In this document: positions 25,801 through 38,620 of the stretch, in pieces
Numbering within the stretch: position 1 is the stretch's first letter
Layout of the letters: each line of letters starts with the position of its first letter
Source: Eledone cirrhosa
Lineage: Eukaryota
Length of the DNA: 64,000 nucleotides
NCBI GenBank assembly: GCA_964016885.1
Contig: OZ024741.1
Location: 5,270,001 to 5,334,000, forward strand
Direction: 5' to 3'
Position numbers and translations under genes: made by a program
Notes under the pieces: model-generated
Database searches by the model: none
Told to the model about the DNA's origin: nothing
The model's input: only the letters and a program-made list of their open reading frames with translations

Positions 25801-27960
25801 GAGGCTATTACAGTGGTCCACTTGAGGTGGCTATTACAGTGGTCCACTTGACGAGGTTATTACGGTGGTCCACTTGAGGAGGCTATTACAGTGGTCCACT
25901 TGAGGAGGCTATTACAGAGGTCCACTTGAGGTGGCTATTACAGTGGTCCACTTGAGGTTATTACAGTGGTCCACTTGAGGAGGTTATTACAGTGGTCCAC
26001 TTGAGGTGATTACAGTGGTCCACGTGAGGAGGCTATTACAGTGGTCCACTTGAGGAGGCTATTACAGTGGTCCACTTGAGGAGGCTATTACAGTGGTCCA
26101 CTTGAGGTTATTACAGTGGTCCACTTGAGTAGGCTATTACAGAGGTCCACTTGAGGTTATTACAGTGGTCCACTTGAGGTTATTACAGTGGTCTTCTTGA
26201 TGTTATTACAGTGGTCCACTTAAGGAGGTTATTACAGTGGTCCACTTGAGGAGACTATTACAGTGGTTCACTTGAGGAGGTTATTACAGTGGTCCACTTG
26301 AGGAGGTTATTACAGTGGTCCACTTGAGGTTATTACAGTGGTCCAATTGAGGAGGTTATTACAGTGGTCCACTTGAGGAGGCTATTACAGTGGTCCACTT
26401 GAGGAGGTTATTACAGTGGTCCACTTGAGCTCATTACAGTGGTCCACTTGAGGAGGTTATTACAGTGGTCCACTTGAGGAGGTTATTACAGTGGTCCACT
26501 TGTGGTTATTACAGTGGTCCACTTGAGGAGGCTATTACAGTGGTCCATTTGAGGTTATTACAGTGGTCCACTTGAGGAGGTTATTACAGTGGTCCACTTG
26601 AGGTTGTTACAGTGGTCCACTTGAGGTTATTACAGTTGTCCACTTGAGGTTATTACAGTGGTCCACTTGAGGAGGCTATTACAGTGGTCCACTTGAGGTT
26701 ATTACTGTGATCCACTTGAGGAGGTTATTACAGTGGTCCACTTGAGGTTATTACAGTGGTCCACTTGAGGTTATTACAGTGGTCCACTTGAGGAGGCTAT
26801 TACAGTGGTCCACTTGAGGTTATTACAGTTGTCCACTTGAGGAAGCTATTACAGTGGTCCACTTGAGGTTATTACAGTGGTCCACTTGAGGAGGCTATTA
26901 CAGTGGTCCACTTGAGGTTATTACAGTGGTCCACTTGAGGAGGCTATTACAGTGGTCCACTTGATGTTATTACAGTGGTCCACTTGTGGAGGTTATTACA
27001 GTGGTTCACTTGAGGTTATTACAGTGGTCGACTTGAGGTTATTACAGTGGTCCACTTGAGAAGGTTATTACAGTGGTCCACTTGAGGTTATTACAGTGGT
27101 CCACTTGAGGAGTTTATTACAGTGGTCCACTTGAGGGGTTATTACAGTGGTCCACTTGAGAAGGTTATTACAGTGGTCCACTTGAGGAGGTTATTACAGT
27201 GGTCCACTTGATGTTATTACAGTGGTCCACTTGAGGAGGCTATTACAGTGGTCCACTTGAGGAGGTTATTACAGTGGTCCACTTGAGGAGGCTATTACAG
27301 TGGTCTACTTGAGGTTATTACAGTGGTCCACTTGAGGGGGTTATTACAGTGGTCCACTTGAGGTTATTACAGTGGTCCACTTGAGGAGGTTATTACAGTG
27401 GTCCAATTGAGGAGGTTATTACAGTGGTCCACTTGAGGTTATTACAGTGGACCAATTGAGGAGGTTATTACAGTGGTCCGCTTGAGGAGGTTATTACAGT
27501 GGTCCACTTGAGGTTATTACAGTGGTCCACTTGAGGAGGTTATTACAGTGCTCCACTTGAGGTTATTACAGTGGTCCACTTGAGGAGGTTATTACAGTGG
27601 TCCGTTTGAGGAGGTTATTACAGTGGTCCACTTGAGGTTATTACAGTGGTCCATTTGAGGAGGTTATTACAGTGGTCCAATTGAGGAGGTTATTACAGTG
27701 GTCCACTTGAGGAGGTTATTACAGTGGTCCACTTGAGGAGGTTATTACAGAGGTCCAATTGAGGAGGTTATTACAGTGGTCCACTTGAGGAGGTTATTAC
27801 AGTGGTCCAGTTGAGGTTATTACAGTGGTACACTAGAGGAGGTTATTACAGTGGTCCACTTGAGGTTATTACAGTGGTCCACTTGAGGAGGTTATTACAG
27901 TGGTCCACTTGAGGTTATTACAGTGGTCCGCTTGAGGAGGCTATTACAGTGGTCCACTTG
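22830..27960. repeat. 2609-bp tandem duplication; the second copy lacks 4 monomers (98 bp) near 26220
   Basis: Identical ORFs at 22855/25464 (+2609). AGTGGTCCGCTTGAGGAGGCT at 25411/27922 (+2511 = 2609-98). Confidence 0.85.
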
Positions 27961-30900
27961 AGGTTATTACAGTGGTACACTTGAGGAGGTTATTACAGTG
28001 GTCCACTTGAGGTTATTACAGTGGTCCACTTGAGGAGGTTATTACAGTGGTCCAATTGAGGAGGTTATTACAGTGGTCCACTTGAGGTTATTACAGTGGG
28101 CCACTAGAGGAGGTTATTACAGTGGTCCACTTGAGATTATTATAGTGGTCCACTTGAGGAGGCTATTACAGTGGTCCACTTGAGGAGGTTATTACAGTGG
28201 TCCACTTGAGGAGGTTATTACAGTAGTCCACTTGAGGTGGTTATTACAGTGGTCCACTTGAGGTGGTTATTACAGTGGTCCACTTGAGGAGGCTATTACA
28301 GTGGTCCACTTGAGGAGGTTATTACAGTGGTCCACTTGAGGTTATTACAGTGGTCCACTTGAGGTTATTATAGTGGTTCACTTGAGGAGGCTATTACAGT
28401 GGTCCACTTGAGGTTATTACAGTGGTCCACTTGAGGAGGCTATTAAAGTGGTCCACTTGAGATTATTACAGTGATCCACTTGAGGAGGCTATTACAGTGG
28501 TCCACTTGAGGTTATTTCAGTGATCGACTTGAGGAGGTTATTACAGTGGTCCACTTGAGGTTATTACAGTGGTCCACTTGAGGTTATTACAGTGGTCCAC
28601 TTGAGGGGGCTATTACAGTGGTCCACTTGAGAAGGTTATTACAGTGGTCAAGTTGAGGTTATTACAGTGGTCCCCTTGAGGAGGCTATTACAGTGGTCCA
28701 CTTGAGGAGGTTATTACAGTGGTCCACTTGAGAAGGCTATTACAGTGGTCCACTTGAGAAGGTTATTACAGTGGTCCACTTGAGGTTATTACAGTGGACC
28801 ATTTGAGGAGGTTATTACAGTGCTCCACTTGATGAGGTTATTACAGTGGTCCACTTGAGGAGGTTATTACAGTGGTCCACTTGAGGAGGTTATTACAGTG
28901 GTCCACTTGAGGAGGTTATTACAGTGGTCCACTTGAGGTGGCTATTACAGTGGTTCACTTGAGCTTATTACATTGGTCAAATTGAGGAGGTTATTACAGT
29001 GGTCCACTTGAGGTTATTACAGTGGTCCAATTGAGGAGGTTATTACAGTGGTCCACTTGAGGAGGCTATTACAGTGGTCCACTTGAGGTTATTACAGTGG
29101 TCCACTTGAGGAGGTTAATACAGTGGTCCACTTGAGTTTATTACAGTGGTCCACTTGAGGAGGCTATTATAGTGGTCCACTTGAGGAGGTTATTACAGTG
29201 GTCCACTTGAGGTTATTACAGTGGTCCAATTGTGGAGGCTATTACAGTGGTCCACTTGAGGTTATTACAGTGGTCCACTTGAGGAGGTTATTACAGTGGT
29301 CCACTTGAGGTTATTACAGTGGTCCACTTGAGGTTATTACAGTGGTCCACTTGAGGAGGCTATTACAGTGGTCCACTTGAGGTTATTACAGTTGTCCACT
29401 TGAGGAAGCTATTACAGTGGTCCACTTGAGGTTATTACAGTGGTCCACTTGAGGAGGCTATTACAGTGGTCCACTTGAGGTTATTACAGTGGTCCACTTG
29501 AGGTTATTACAGTGGTCCACTTGAGGAGGCTATTACAGTGGTCCACTTGATGTTATTACAGTGGTCCACTTGTGGAGGTTATTACAGTGGTCCACTTGGG
29601 TTATTACAGTGGTCGACTTGAGGTTATTACAGTGGTCCACTTGAGGGGGCTATTACAGTGGTCCACTTGAGAAGGTTATTACAGTGGTCCACTTGAGGTT
29701 ATTACAGTGGTCCACTTGAGAAGGTTATTACAGTGGTCCACTTGAGAAGGTTATTACAGTGGTCCACTTGAGGAGGTTATTACAGTGGTCCACTTGATGT
29801 TATTACAGTGGTCCACTTGAGGAGGCTATTACAGTGGTCCACTTGAGGAGGTTATTACAGTGGTCCACTTGAGGAGGCTATTACAGTGGTCTACTTGAGG
29901 TTATTACAGTGGTCCACTTGAGGGGGTTATTACAGTGGTCCACTTGAGGTTATTACAGTGGTCCACTTGAGGAGGTTATTACAGTGGTTCAATTGAGGAG
30001 GTTATTACAGTGGTCCACTTGAGGTTATTACAGTGGACCAATTGAGGAGGTTATTACAGTGGTCCGCTTGAGGAGGTTATTACAGTGGTCCACTTGAGGT
30101 TATTACAGTGGTCCACTTGAGGAGGTTATTACAGTGCTCCACTTGAGGTTATTACAGTGGTCCACTTGAGGAGGTTATTACAGTGGTCCGTTTGAGGAGG
30201 TTATTACAGTGGTCCACTTGAGGTTATTACAGTGGTTCACTTGAGGAGGTTATTACAGTGGTCCAATTGAGGCGGTTATTACAGTGGTCCACTTGAGGAG
30301 GTTATTACAGTGGTCCACTTGAGGAGGTTATTACAGAGGTCCAATTGAGGAGGTTATTACAGTGGTCCACTTGAGGAGGTTATTACAGTGGTCCAGTTGA
30401 GGTTATTACAGTGGTACACTAGAGGAGGTTATTACAGTGGTCCACTTGAGGTTATTACAGTGGTCCACTTGAGGAGGTTATTACAGTGGTCCACTTGAGG
30501 TTATTACAGTGGTCCACTTGAGGAGGCTATTACAGTGGTCCACTTGAGGTTATTACAGTGGTCCACTTGAGGAGGTTATTACAGTGGTCCACTTGAGGTT
30601 ATTACAGTGGTCCACTTGAGGAGGTTATTACAGTGGTCCAATTGAGGAGGTTATTACAGTGGTCCACTTGAGGTTATTACAGTGGGCCACTAGAGGAGGT
30701 TATTACAGTGGTCCACTTGAGGTCATTACAGTGGTCCACTTGAGGAGGCTATTACAGTGGTCCACTTGAGGAGGTTATTACAGTGGTCCACTTGAGGAGG
30801 TTATTACAGTAGTCCACTTGAGGTGGTTATTACAGTGGTCCACTTGAGGTGGTTATTACAGTGGTCCACTTGAGGAGGCTATTACAGTGGTCCACTTGAG

Positions 30901-32469
30901 GAGGTTATTACAGTGGTCCACTTGAGGTTATTACAGTGGTCCACTTGAGGTTATTATAGTGGTTCACTTGAGGAGGCTATTACAGTGGTCCACTTGAGGT
31001 TATTACAGTGGTCCACTTGAGGAGGCTATTAAAGTGGTCCACTTGAGGTTATTACAGTGATCCACTTGAGGAGGCTATTACAGTGGTCCACTTGAGGTTA
31101 TTTCAGTGATCCACTTGAGGAGGTTATTACAGTGGTCCACTTGAGGTTATTACAGTGGTCCACTTGAGGTTATTACAGTGGTCCACTTGAGGTTATTACA
31201 GTGGTCCACTTGAGGGGGCTATTACAGTGGTCCACTTGAGAAGGTTATTACAGTGGTCAAGTTGAGGTTATTACAGTGGTCCCCTTGAGGAGGCTATTAC
31301 AGTGGTCCACTTGAGGAGGTTATTACAGTGGTCCACTTGAGAAGGCTATTACAGTGGTCCACTTGAGAAGGTTATTACAGTGGTCCACTTGAGGTTATTA
31401 CAGTGGACCATTTGAGGAGGTTATTACAGTGCTCCACTTGAGGAGGTTATTACAGTGGTCCACTTGAGGAGGTTATTACAGTGGTCCACTTGAGGAGGTT
31501 ATTACAGTGGTCCACTTGAGGAGGTTATTACAGTGGTCCACTTGAGGAGGTTATTACAGTGGTCCACTTGAGGTTATTACAGTGATCCACTTGAGGTTAT
31601 TACAGTGGTCCACTTGAGGAGGCTATTACAGTGGTCCACTTGAGGTTATTACAGTTGTCCACTTGAGGAAGCTATTACAGTGGTCCACTTGAGGTTATTA
31701 CAGTGGTCCACTTGAGGAGGCTATTACAGAGGTCCACTTGAGATTATTACAGTGGTCCACTTGAGGAGGTTATTACAGTGGTCCACTTAAGGAGGTTATT
31801 ACAGTGGTCCACTTGAGGAGACTATTACAGTGGTTCACTTGAGGAGGTTATTACAGTGGTCCACTTGAGGAGGTTATTACAGTGGTCCACTTGAGGTTAT
31901 TACAGTGGTCCAATTGAGGAGGTTATTACAGTGGTCCACTTGAGGAGGCTATTACAGTGGTCCACTTGAGGAGGTTATTACAGTGGTCCACTTGAGCTCA
32001 TTACAGTGGTCCACTTGAGGAGGTTATTACAGTGGTCCACTTGAGGAGGTTATTACAGTGGTCCACTTGTGGTTATTACAGTGGTCCACCTGAGGAGGCT
32101 ATTACAGTGGTCCATTTGAGGTTATTACAGTGGTCCACTTGAGAAGGTTATTACAGTGGTCCACTTGAGGTTATTACAGTGGTCCACTTGAGGTTATTAC
32201 AGTTGTCCACTTGAGGTTATTACAGTGGTCCACTTGAGGAGGCTATTACAGTGGTCCACTTGAGGTTATTACAGTGATCCACTTGAGGAGGTTATTACAG
32301 TGGTCCACTTGAGGTTATTACAGTGGTCCACTTGAGGTTATTACAGTTGTCCACTTGAGGAAGCTATTACAGTGGTCCACTTGAGGTTATTACAGTGGTC
32401 CACTTGAGGAAGCTATTACAGTGGTCCACTTGAGGTTATTACAGTGGTCCACTTGAGGAGGCTATTACA

Positions 32470-34380
32470 GTGGTCCACTTGAGGAGGTTATTACAGTGGT
32501 CCACTTGAGGTTATTACAGTGGTCCATTTGTAGAGGTTATTACAGTGGTGCACTTCAGGTTATTACAGTGGTCCACATGAGGATTTTATTACAGTGGTCC
32601 ACTTGAGGTAGCTATTACAGTGGTCCACTTGAGGAGGTTATTACAGTGGTCCACTTTAAATTATTACAGTGGTCCACCTGAGGTTATTACAGTGGTCCAC
32701 TTGAGGAGGTTATTACAGTGGTCCACTTCAGGTTATTACAGTGGTGCACTTGAGGAGCCTATTACAGTGGTCCACTTGAGGTTATTAAAGTGGTCCACTT
32801 GAGGAGGTTATTACAGTGGTACATTTTAGGTGGCTATTACAGTGGTCCACTTTAGGAGGTTATTACAGTGGTCCACTTGAGGAGGTTATTACAGTGGTCC
32901 ACTTGAGGTTATTACAGTGGTCCGCGTGAGGAGGCTATTACAGTGGTCCACTTGAGGTGGCTATTACAGTGGTCCACTTGACGAGGTTATTACGGTGGTC
33001 CACTTGAGGAGGCTATTACAGTGGTCCACTTGAGTAGGCTATTACAGAGGTCCACTTGAGGTGGCTATTACAGTGGTCCACTTGAGGTTATTACAGTGGT
33101 CCACTTGAGGAGGTTATTACAGTGGTCCACTTGAGGTTATTACAGTGGTCCACGTGAGGAGGCTATTACAGTGGTCCACTTGAGGAGGCTATTACAGTGG
33201 TCCACTTGAGGAGGCTATTACAGTGGTCCACTTGAGGTTATTACAGTGGTCCACTTGAGTAGGCTATTACAGAGGTCCACTTGAGGTTATTACAGTGGTC
33301 CACTTGAGGTTATTACAGTGGTCTTCTTGATGTTATTACAGTGGTCCACTTGAAGTTATTACAGTGGTCCACTTGAGGAGGCTATTACAGAGGTCCACTT
33401 GAGATTATTACAGTGGTCCACTTGAGGAGGTTATTACAGTGGTCCACTTGAGGTTATTACAGTGGTCCATTTGTAGAGGTTATTACAGTGGTGCACTTCA
33501 GGTTATTACAGTGGTCCACATGAGGATTTTATTACAGTGGTCCACTTGAGGTAGCTATTACAGTGGTCCACTTGAGGAGGTTATTACAGTGGTCCACTTT
33601 AAGTTATTACAGTGGTCCACCTGAGGTTATTACAGTGGTCCACTTGAGGAGGTTATTACAGTGGTCCACTTCAGGTTATTACAGTGGTGCACTTGAGGAG
33701 CCTATTACAGTGGTCCACTTGAGGTTATTAAAGTGGTCCACTTGAGGAGGTTATTACAGTGGTACATTTTAGGTGGCTATTACAGTGGTCCACTTTAGGA
33801 GGTTATTACAGTGGTCCACTTGAGGAGGTTATTACAGTGGTCCACTTGAGGTTATTACAGTGGTCCGCGTGAGGAGGCTATTACAGTGGTCCACTTGAGG
33901 TGGCTATTACAGTGGTCCACTTGACGAGGTTATTACGGTGGTCCACTTGAGGAGGCTATTACAGTGGTCCACTTGAGTAGGCTATTACAGAGGTCCACTT
34001 GAGGTGGCTATTACAGTGGTCCACTTGAGGTTATTACAGTGGTCCACTTGAGGAGGTTATTACAGTGGTCCACTTGAGGTTATTACAGTGGTCCACGTGA
34101 GGAGGCTATTACAGTGGTCCACTTGAGGAGGCTATTACAGTGGTCCACTTGAGGAGGCTATTACAGTGGTCCACTTGAGGTTATTACAGTGGTCCACTTG
34201 AGTAGGCTATTACAGAGGTCCACTTGAGGTTATTACAGTGGTCCACTTGAGGTTATTACAGTGGTCTTCTTGATGTTATTACAGTGGTCCACTTGAAGTT
34301 ATTACAGTGGTCCACTTGAGGAGGCTATTACAGAGGTCCACTTGAGATTATTACAGTGGTCCACTTGAGGAGGTTATTAC
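32470..34380. repeat. 943-bp tandem duplication
   Basis: ORFs at 32620/33563. Private variants TCCGCGTG 32921/33864, CACTTTAA and CACTTTAGGAGG are shared by both copies. Confidence 0.85.
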
Positions 34381-36769
34381 AGTGGTCCACTTAAGGAGGT
34401 TATTACAGTGGTCCACTTGAGGAGACTATTACAGTGGTTCACTTGAGGAGGTTATTACAGTGGTCCACTTGAGGAGGTTATTACAGTGGTCCACTTGAGG
34501 TTATTACAGTGGTCCAATTGAGGAGGTTATTACAGTGGTCCACTTGAGGAGGCTATTACAGTGGTCCACTTGAGGAGGTTATTACAGTGGTCCACTTGAG
34601 CTCATTACAGTGGTCCACTTGAGGAGGTTATTACAGTGGTCCACTTGAGGAGGTTATTACAGTGGTCCACTTGTGGTTATTACAGTGGTCCACTTGAGGA
34701 GGCTATTACAGTGGTCCATTTGAGGTTATTACAGTGGTCCACTTGAGGAGGTTATTACAGTGGTCCACTTGAGGTTATTACAGTGGTCCACTTGAGGTTA
34801 TTACAGTTGTCCACTTGAGGTTATAACAGTGGTCCACTTGAGGAGGCTATTACAGTGGTCCACTTGAGGTTATTACAGTGATCCACTTGAGGAGGTTATT
34901 ACAGTGGTCCACTTGAGGTTATTACAGTGGTCCACTTGAGGTTATTACAGTGGTCCACTTGAGGAGGCTATTACAGTGGTCCACTTGAGGTTATTACAGT
35001 TGTCCACTTGAGGAAGCTATTACAGTGGTCCACTTGAGGTTATTACAGTGGTCCACTTGAGGAGGCTATTACAGTGGTCCACTTGAGGTTATTACAGTGG
35101 TCCACTTGAGGTTATTACAGTGGTCCACTTGAGGAGGCTATTACAGTGGTCCACTTGATGTTATTACAGTGGTCCACTTGTGGAGGTTATTACAGTGGTC
35201 CACTTGAGGTTATTACAGTGGTCGACTTGAGGTTATTACAGTGGTCCACTTGAGGGGGCTATTACAGTGGTCCACTTGAGAAGGTTATTACAGTGGTCCA
35301 CTTGAGGTTATTACAGTGGTCCACTTGAGGAGTTTATTACAGTGGTCCAGTTGAGGGGTTATTACAGTGGTCCACTTGAGAAGGTTATTACAGTGGTCCA
35401 CTTGAGGAGGTTATTACAGTGGTCCACTTGATGTTATTACAGTGGTCCACTTGAGGAGGCTATTACAGTGGTCCACTTGAGGAGGTTATTACAGTGGTCC
35501 ACTTGAGGAGGCTATTACAGTGGTCTACTTGAGGTTATTACAGTGGTCCACTTGAGGGGGTTATTACAGTGGTCCACTTGAGGTTATTACAGTGGTCCAA
35601 TTGAGGAGGTTATTACAGTGGTCCACTTGAGGTTATTACAGTGGACCAATTGAGGAGGTTATTACAGTGGTCCGCTTGAGGAGGTTATTACAGTGGTCCG
35701 TTTGAGGAGGTTATTACAGTGGTCCACTTGAGGTTATTACAGTGGTCCACTTGAGGAGGTTATTACAGTGGTCCAATTGAGGAGGTTATTACAGTGGTCC
35801 ACTTGAGGTTATTACAGTGGTCCACTTGAGGAGGTTATTACAGTGGTCCGTTTGAGGAGGTTATTACAGTGGTCCACTTGAGGTTATTACAGTGGTCCAC
35901 TTGAGGAGGTTATTACAGTGGTCCAATTGAGGAGGTTATTACAGAGGTCCACTTGAGGAGGTTATTACAGTGGTCCACTTGAGGAGGTTATTACAGTGGT
36001 CCACTTGAGGTTATTACAGTGGTGCACTTGAGGAGGTTATTAGAGTGGTCCACTTGAGGTTATTACAGTGGTCCACTTGAGGAGGCTATTACAGTGGTCC
36101 ACTTGAGGTTATTACAGTGGTCCACTTGAAGAGGCTATTACAGTGGTCAACTTGAGAAGGTTATTACAGTGGTCCTCTTGAGGTTATTACAGTGGTCCAC
36201 TTGAGGAGGCTATTAGAGTGGTCCACTTGAGGAGGTTATTACAGTGGTCCACTTGAGAAGGTTATTACAGTGGTCCACTTGAGGTTATTACAGTGGTCAA
36301 CTTGAGGAGGCTATTACAGTGGTCCACTTGAGGTGGTTATTACAGCGGTCCACTTGAGGTTATTACAGTGGTCCACTTGAGGCTATTACAGTGGTCCACT
36401 TGCGGAGGCTATTACAGAGGTCCACTTGAGGAGGTTATTACAGTGGTCCACTTGAGGAGGTTATTATAGGGGTCCACTTGAGGTGGTTATTACAGTGGTC
36501 CACTTGAGAAGGTTATTACGGTGGTCCAGTTTAGGTTATTACAGTGGTCCACTTGTGGAGGTTATTACAGTGGTCAACTTGAGGTTATTACAGTGGTCCA
36601 CTTGAGGAGGTTATTACAGTGGTCCACTTGAGTAGGTTATTACAGTGGTCCACTTGAGGTTATTACAGTGGTCCACTTGAGGAGGTTATTACAGTGGTCC
36701 ACTTCAGGTTATTACAGTGGTCCACTTGAGGTGGCTATTACAGTGGTCCACTTGAGGAGGCTATTACAG

Positions 36770-37660
36770 TGGTCCACTTGAGGAGGTTATTACAGTGGTC
36801 CACTTGAGGAGGTTATTACAGTGGTCCACTTGAGGTGGCTATTACAGTGGTTCACTTGAGGTTATTACAGTGGTCCAATTGAGGAGGTTATTACAGTGGT
36901 CCACTTGAGGTTATTACAGTGTTCCACTTGAGGTGGTTACTACAGTGGTCCACTTGAGGAGGTTATTACAGTTGTCCACTTGAGGTTATTACAGTGGTCC
37001 ACTTGAGGAGGCTATTACAGTGGTCCACTTAAGGTTATTACAGTGGTCCACTTGAGGAGGTTATTACAGTGGTCCACTTGAGGCTATTACAGTGGTCCAC
37101 TTGAGGAGGCCATTACAGTGGTCCACTTGAGCTTATTACAGTGGTCCACTTGAGGAGGCTATTACAGCGGTCCACTTGAGGTTATTACAGTGGTCCACTT
37201 GAGGTTATTACAGTGGTCCACTTGAGGAGGTTATTACAGTGGTCCACTTGAGGAGGTTATTACAGTGGTCCACTTGAGGTGGCTATTACAGTGGTTCACT
37301 TGAGGTTATTACAGTGGTCCAATTGAGGAGGTTATTACAGTGGTCCACTTGAGGTTATTACAGTGTTCCACTTGAGGTGGTTACTACAGTGGTCCACTTG
37401 AGGAGGTTATTACAGTTGTCCACTTGAGGTTATTACAGTGGTCCACTTGAGGAGGCTATTACAGTGGTCCACTTAAGGTTATTACAGTGGTCCACTTGAG
37501 GAGGTTATTACAGTGGTCCACTTGAGGCTATTACAGTGGTCCACTTGAGGAGGCCATTACAGTGGTCCACTTGAGCTTATTACAGTGGTCCACTTGAGGA
37601 GGCTATTACAGCGGTCCACTTGAGGTTATTACAGTGGTCCACTTGAGGTTATTACAGTGG
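36770..37660. repeat. 444-bp tandem duplication (about 18 monomers)
   Basis: TTCACTT 36851/37295 and GCTTATT 37131/37575, both +444. Confidence 0.82.
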
Positions 37661-38620
37661 TCCACTTGAGGAGGCTATTACAGTGGTCCACTTGAGAAGG
37701 TTATTACAGTGGCCCACTTGAGGTTATAACAGTGGTCCACTTGAGGATGTTTTTAGAGTTGTCCACTTCAGGAGGTTATTACAGTGGTCCAATTGAGAAG
37801 GGTATTACAGTGGTCCACTTGAGGAGGCTATTACAGTGGTCCACTTGAGAAGGTCATTACAGTGGCCCACTTGAGGTTATTACAGTGGTCCACTTGAGGA
37901 TGTTTTTAGAGTTGTCCACTTGAGGAGGTTATTACAGTGGTCCAATTGAGAAGGTTATTACAGTGGTCCACTTGAGGTCATTACAGTGGTCCACTTGAGG
38001 TGGTTATTACAGCGGTCCACTTGAGGTTATTAAAGTAGTCCAATTGAGGTTATTACAGTGGTCCACTTGAGGTTATTCCAGTGGTCCACTTGAGGAGGTT
38101 ATTACAGTGGTCCACTTGAGGTTATTACAGTGGTCCACTTGAGGTTATTATAGTGGTCCACTTGTAGAGGTTATTACAGTGGTGCACTTCAGGTTATTAC
38201 AGTGGTCCACATGAGGATTTTATTACAGTGGTCCACTTGAGGTTGCTATTACAGTGGTCCACTTGAGGAGGTTATTACAGTGGTCCACTTGAGGTTATTA
38301 CAGTGGTCCACTTGAGGTTATTACAGTGGTCCACTTGAGAAGGTTATTACAGTGGTCCACTTGAGGAGGTTATTACAGTGGTCCACTTGGGGAAGTATTA
38401 CAGTGGTCCACTTGAGGAGGCTATTACAGTGGTCCACTTGAGGTTATTACAGTGGTCCACTTGAGGAAGTTATTACAGTGGTCCACTTGAGGAGGCTATT
38501 ACAGTGGTCCACTTGAGGTTATTACAGTGGTCCACTTGAGGAGGTTATTACAGTGGTCCACTTGAGGAGGTTATTACAGTGGTCCACTTGAGGTTAATAC
38601 AGAGGTCCACTTGAGGAGGT

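Larger units (their letters stand above)
121..38620. repeat. Giant higher-order repeat, copy 1 (38.5 kb including internal duplications)
   Basis: Landmarks recur at exactly +38500: GTGGTTCATT 151/38651, ATTATAGGGG 621/39121, ATGTTTTTAG 1461/39961, ORF 2467/40967, TATTACAGCGGTCCAATT 4201/42701. Confidence 0.85.
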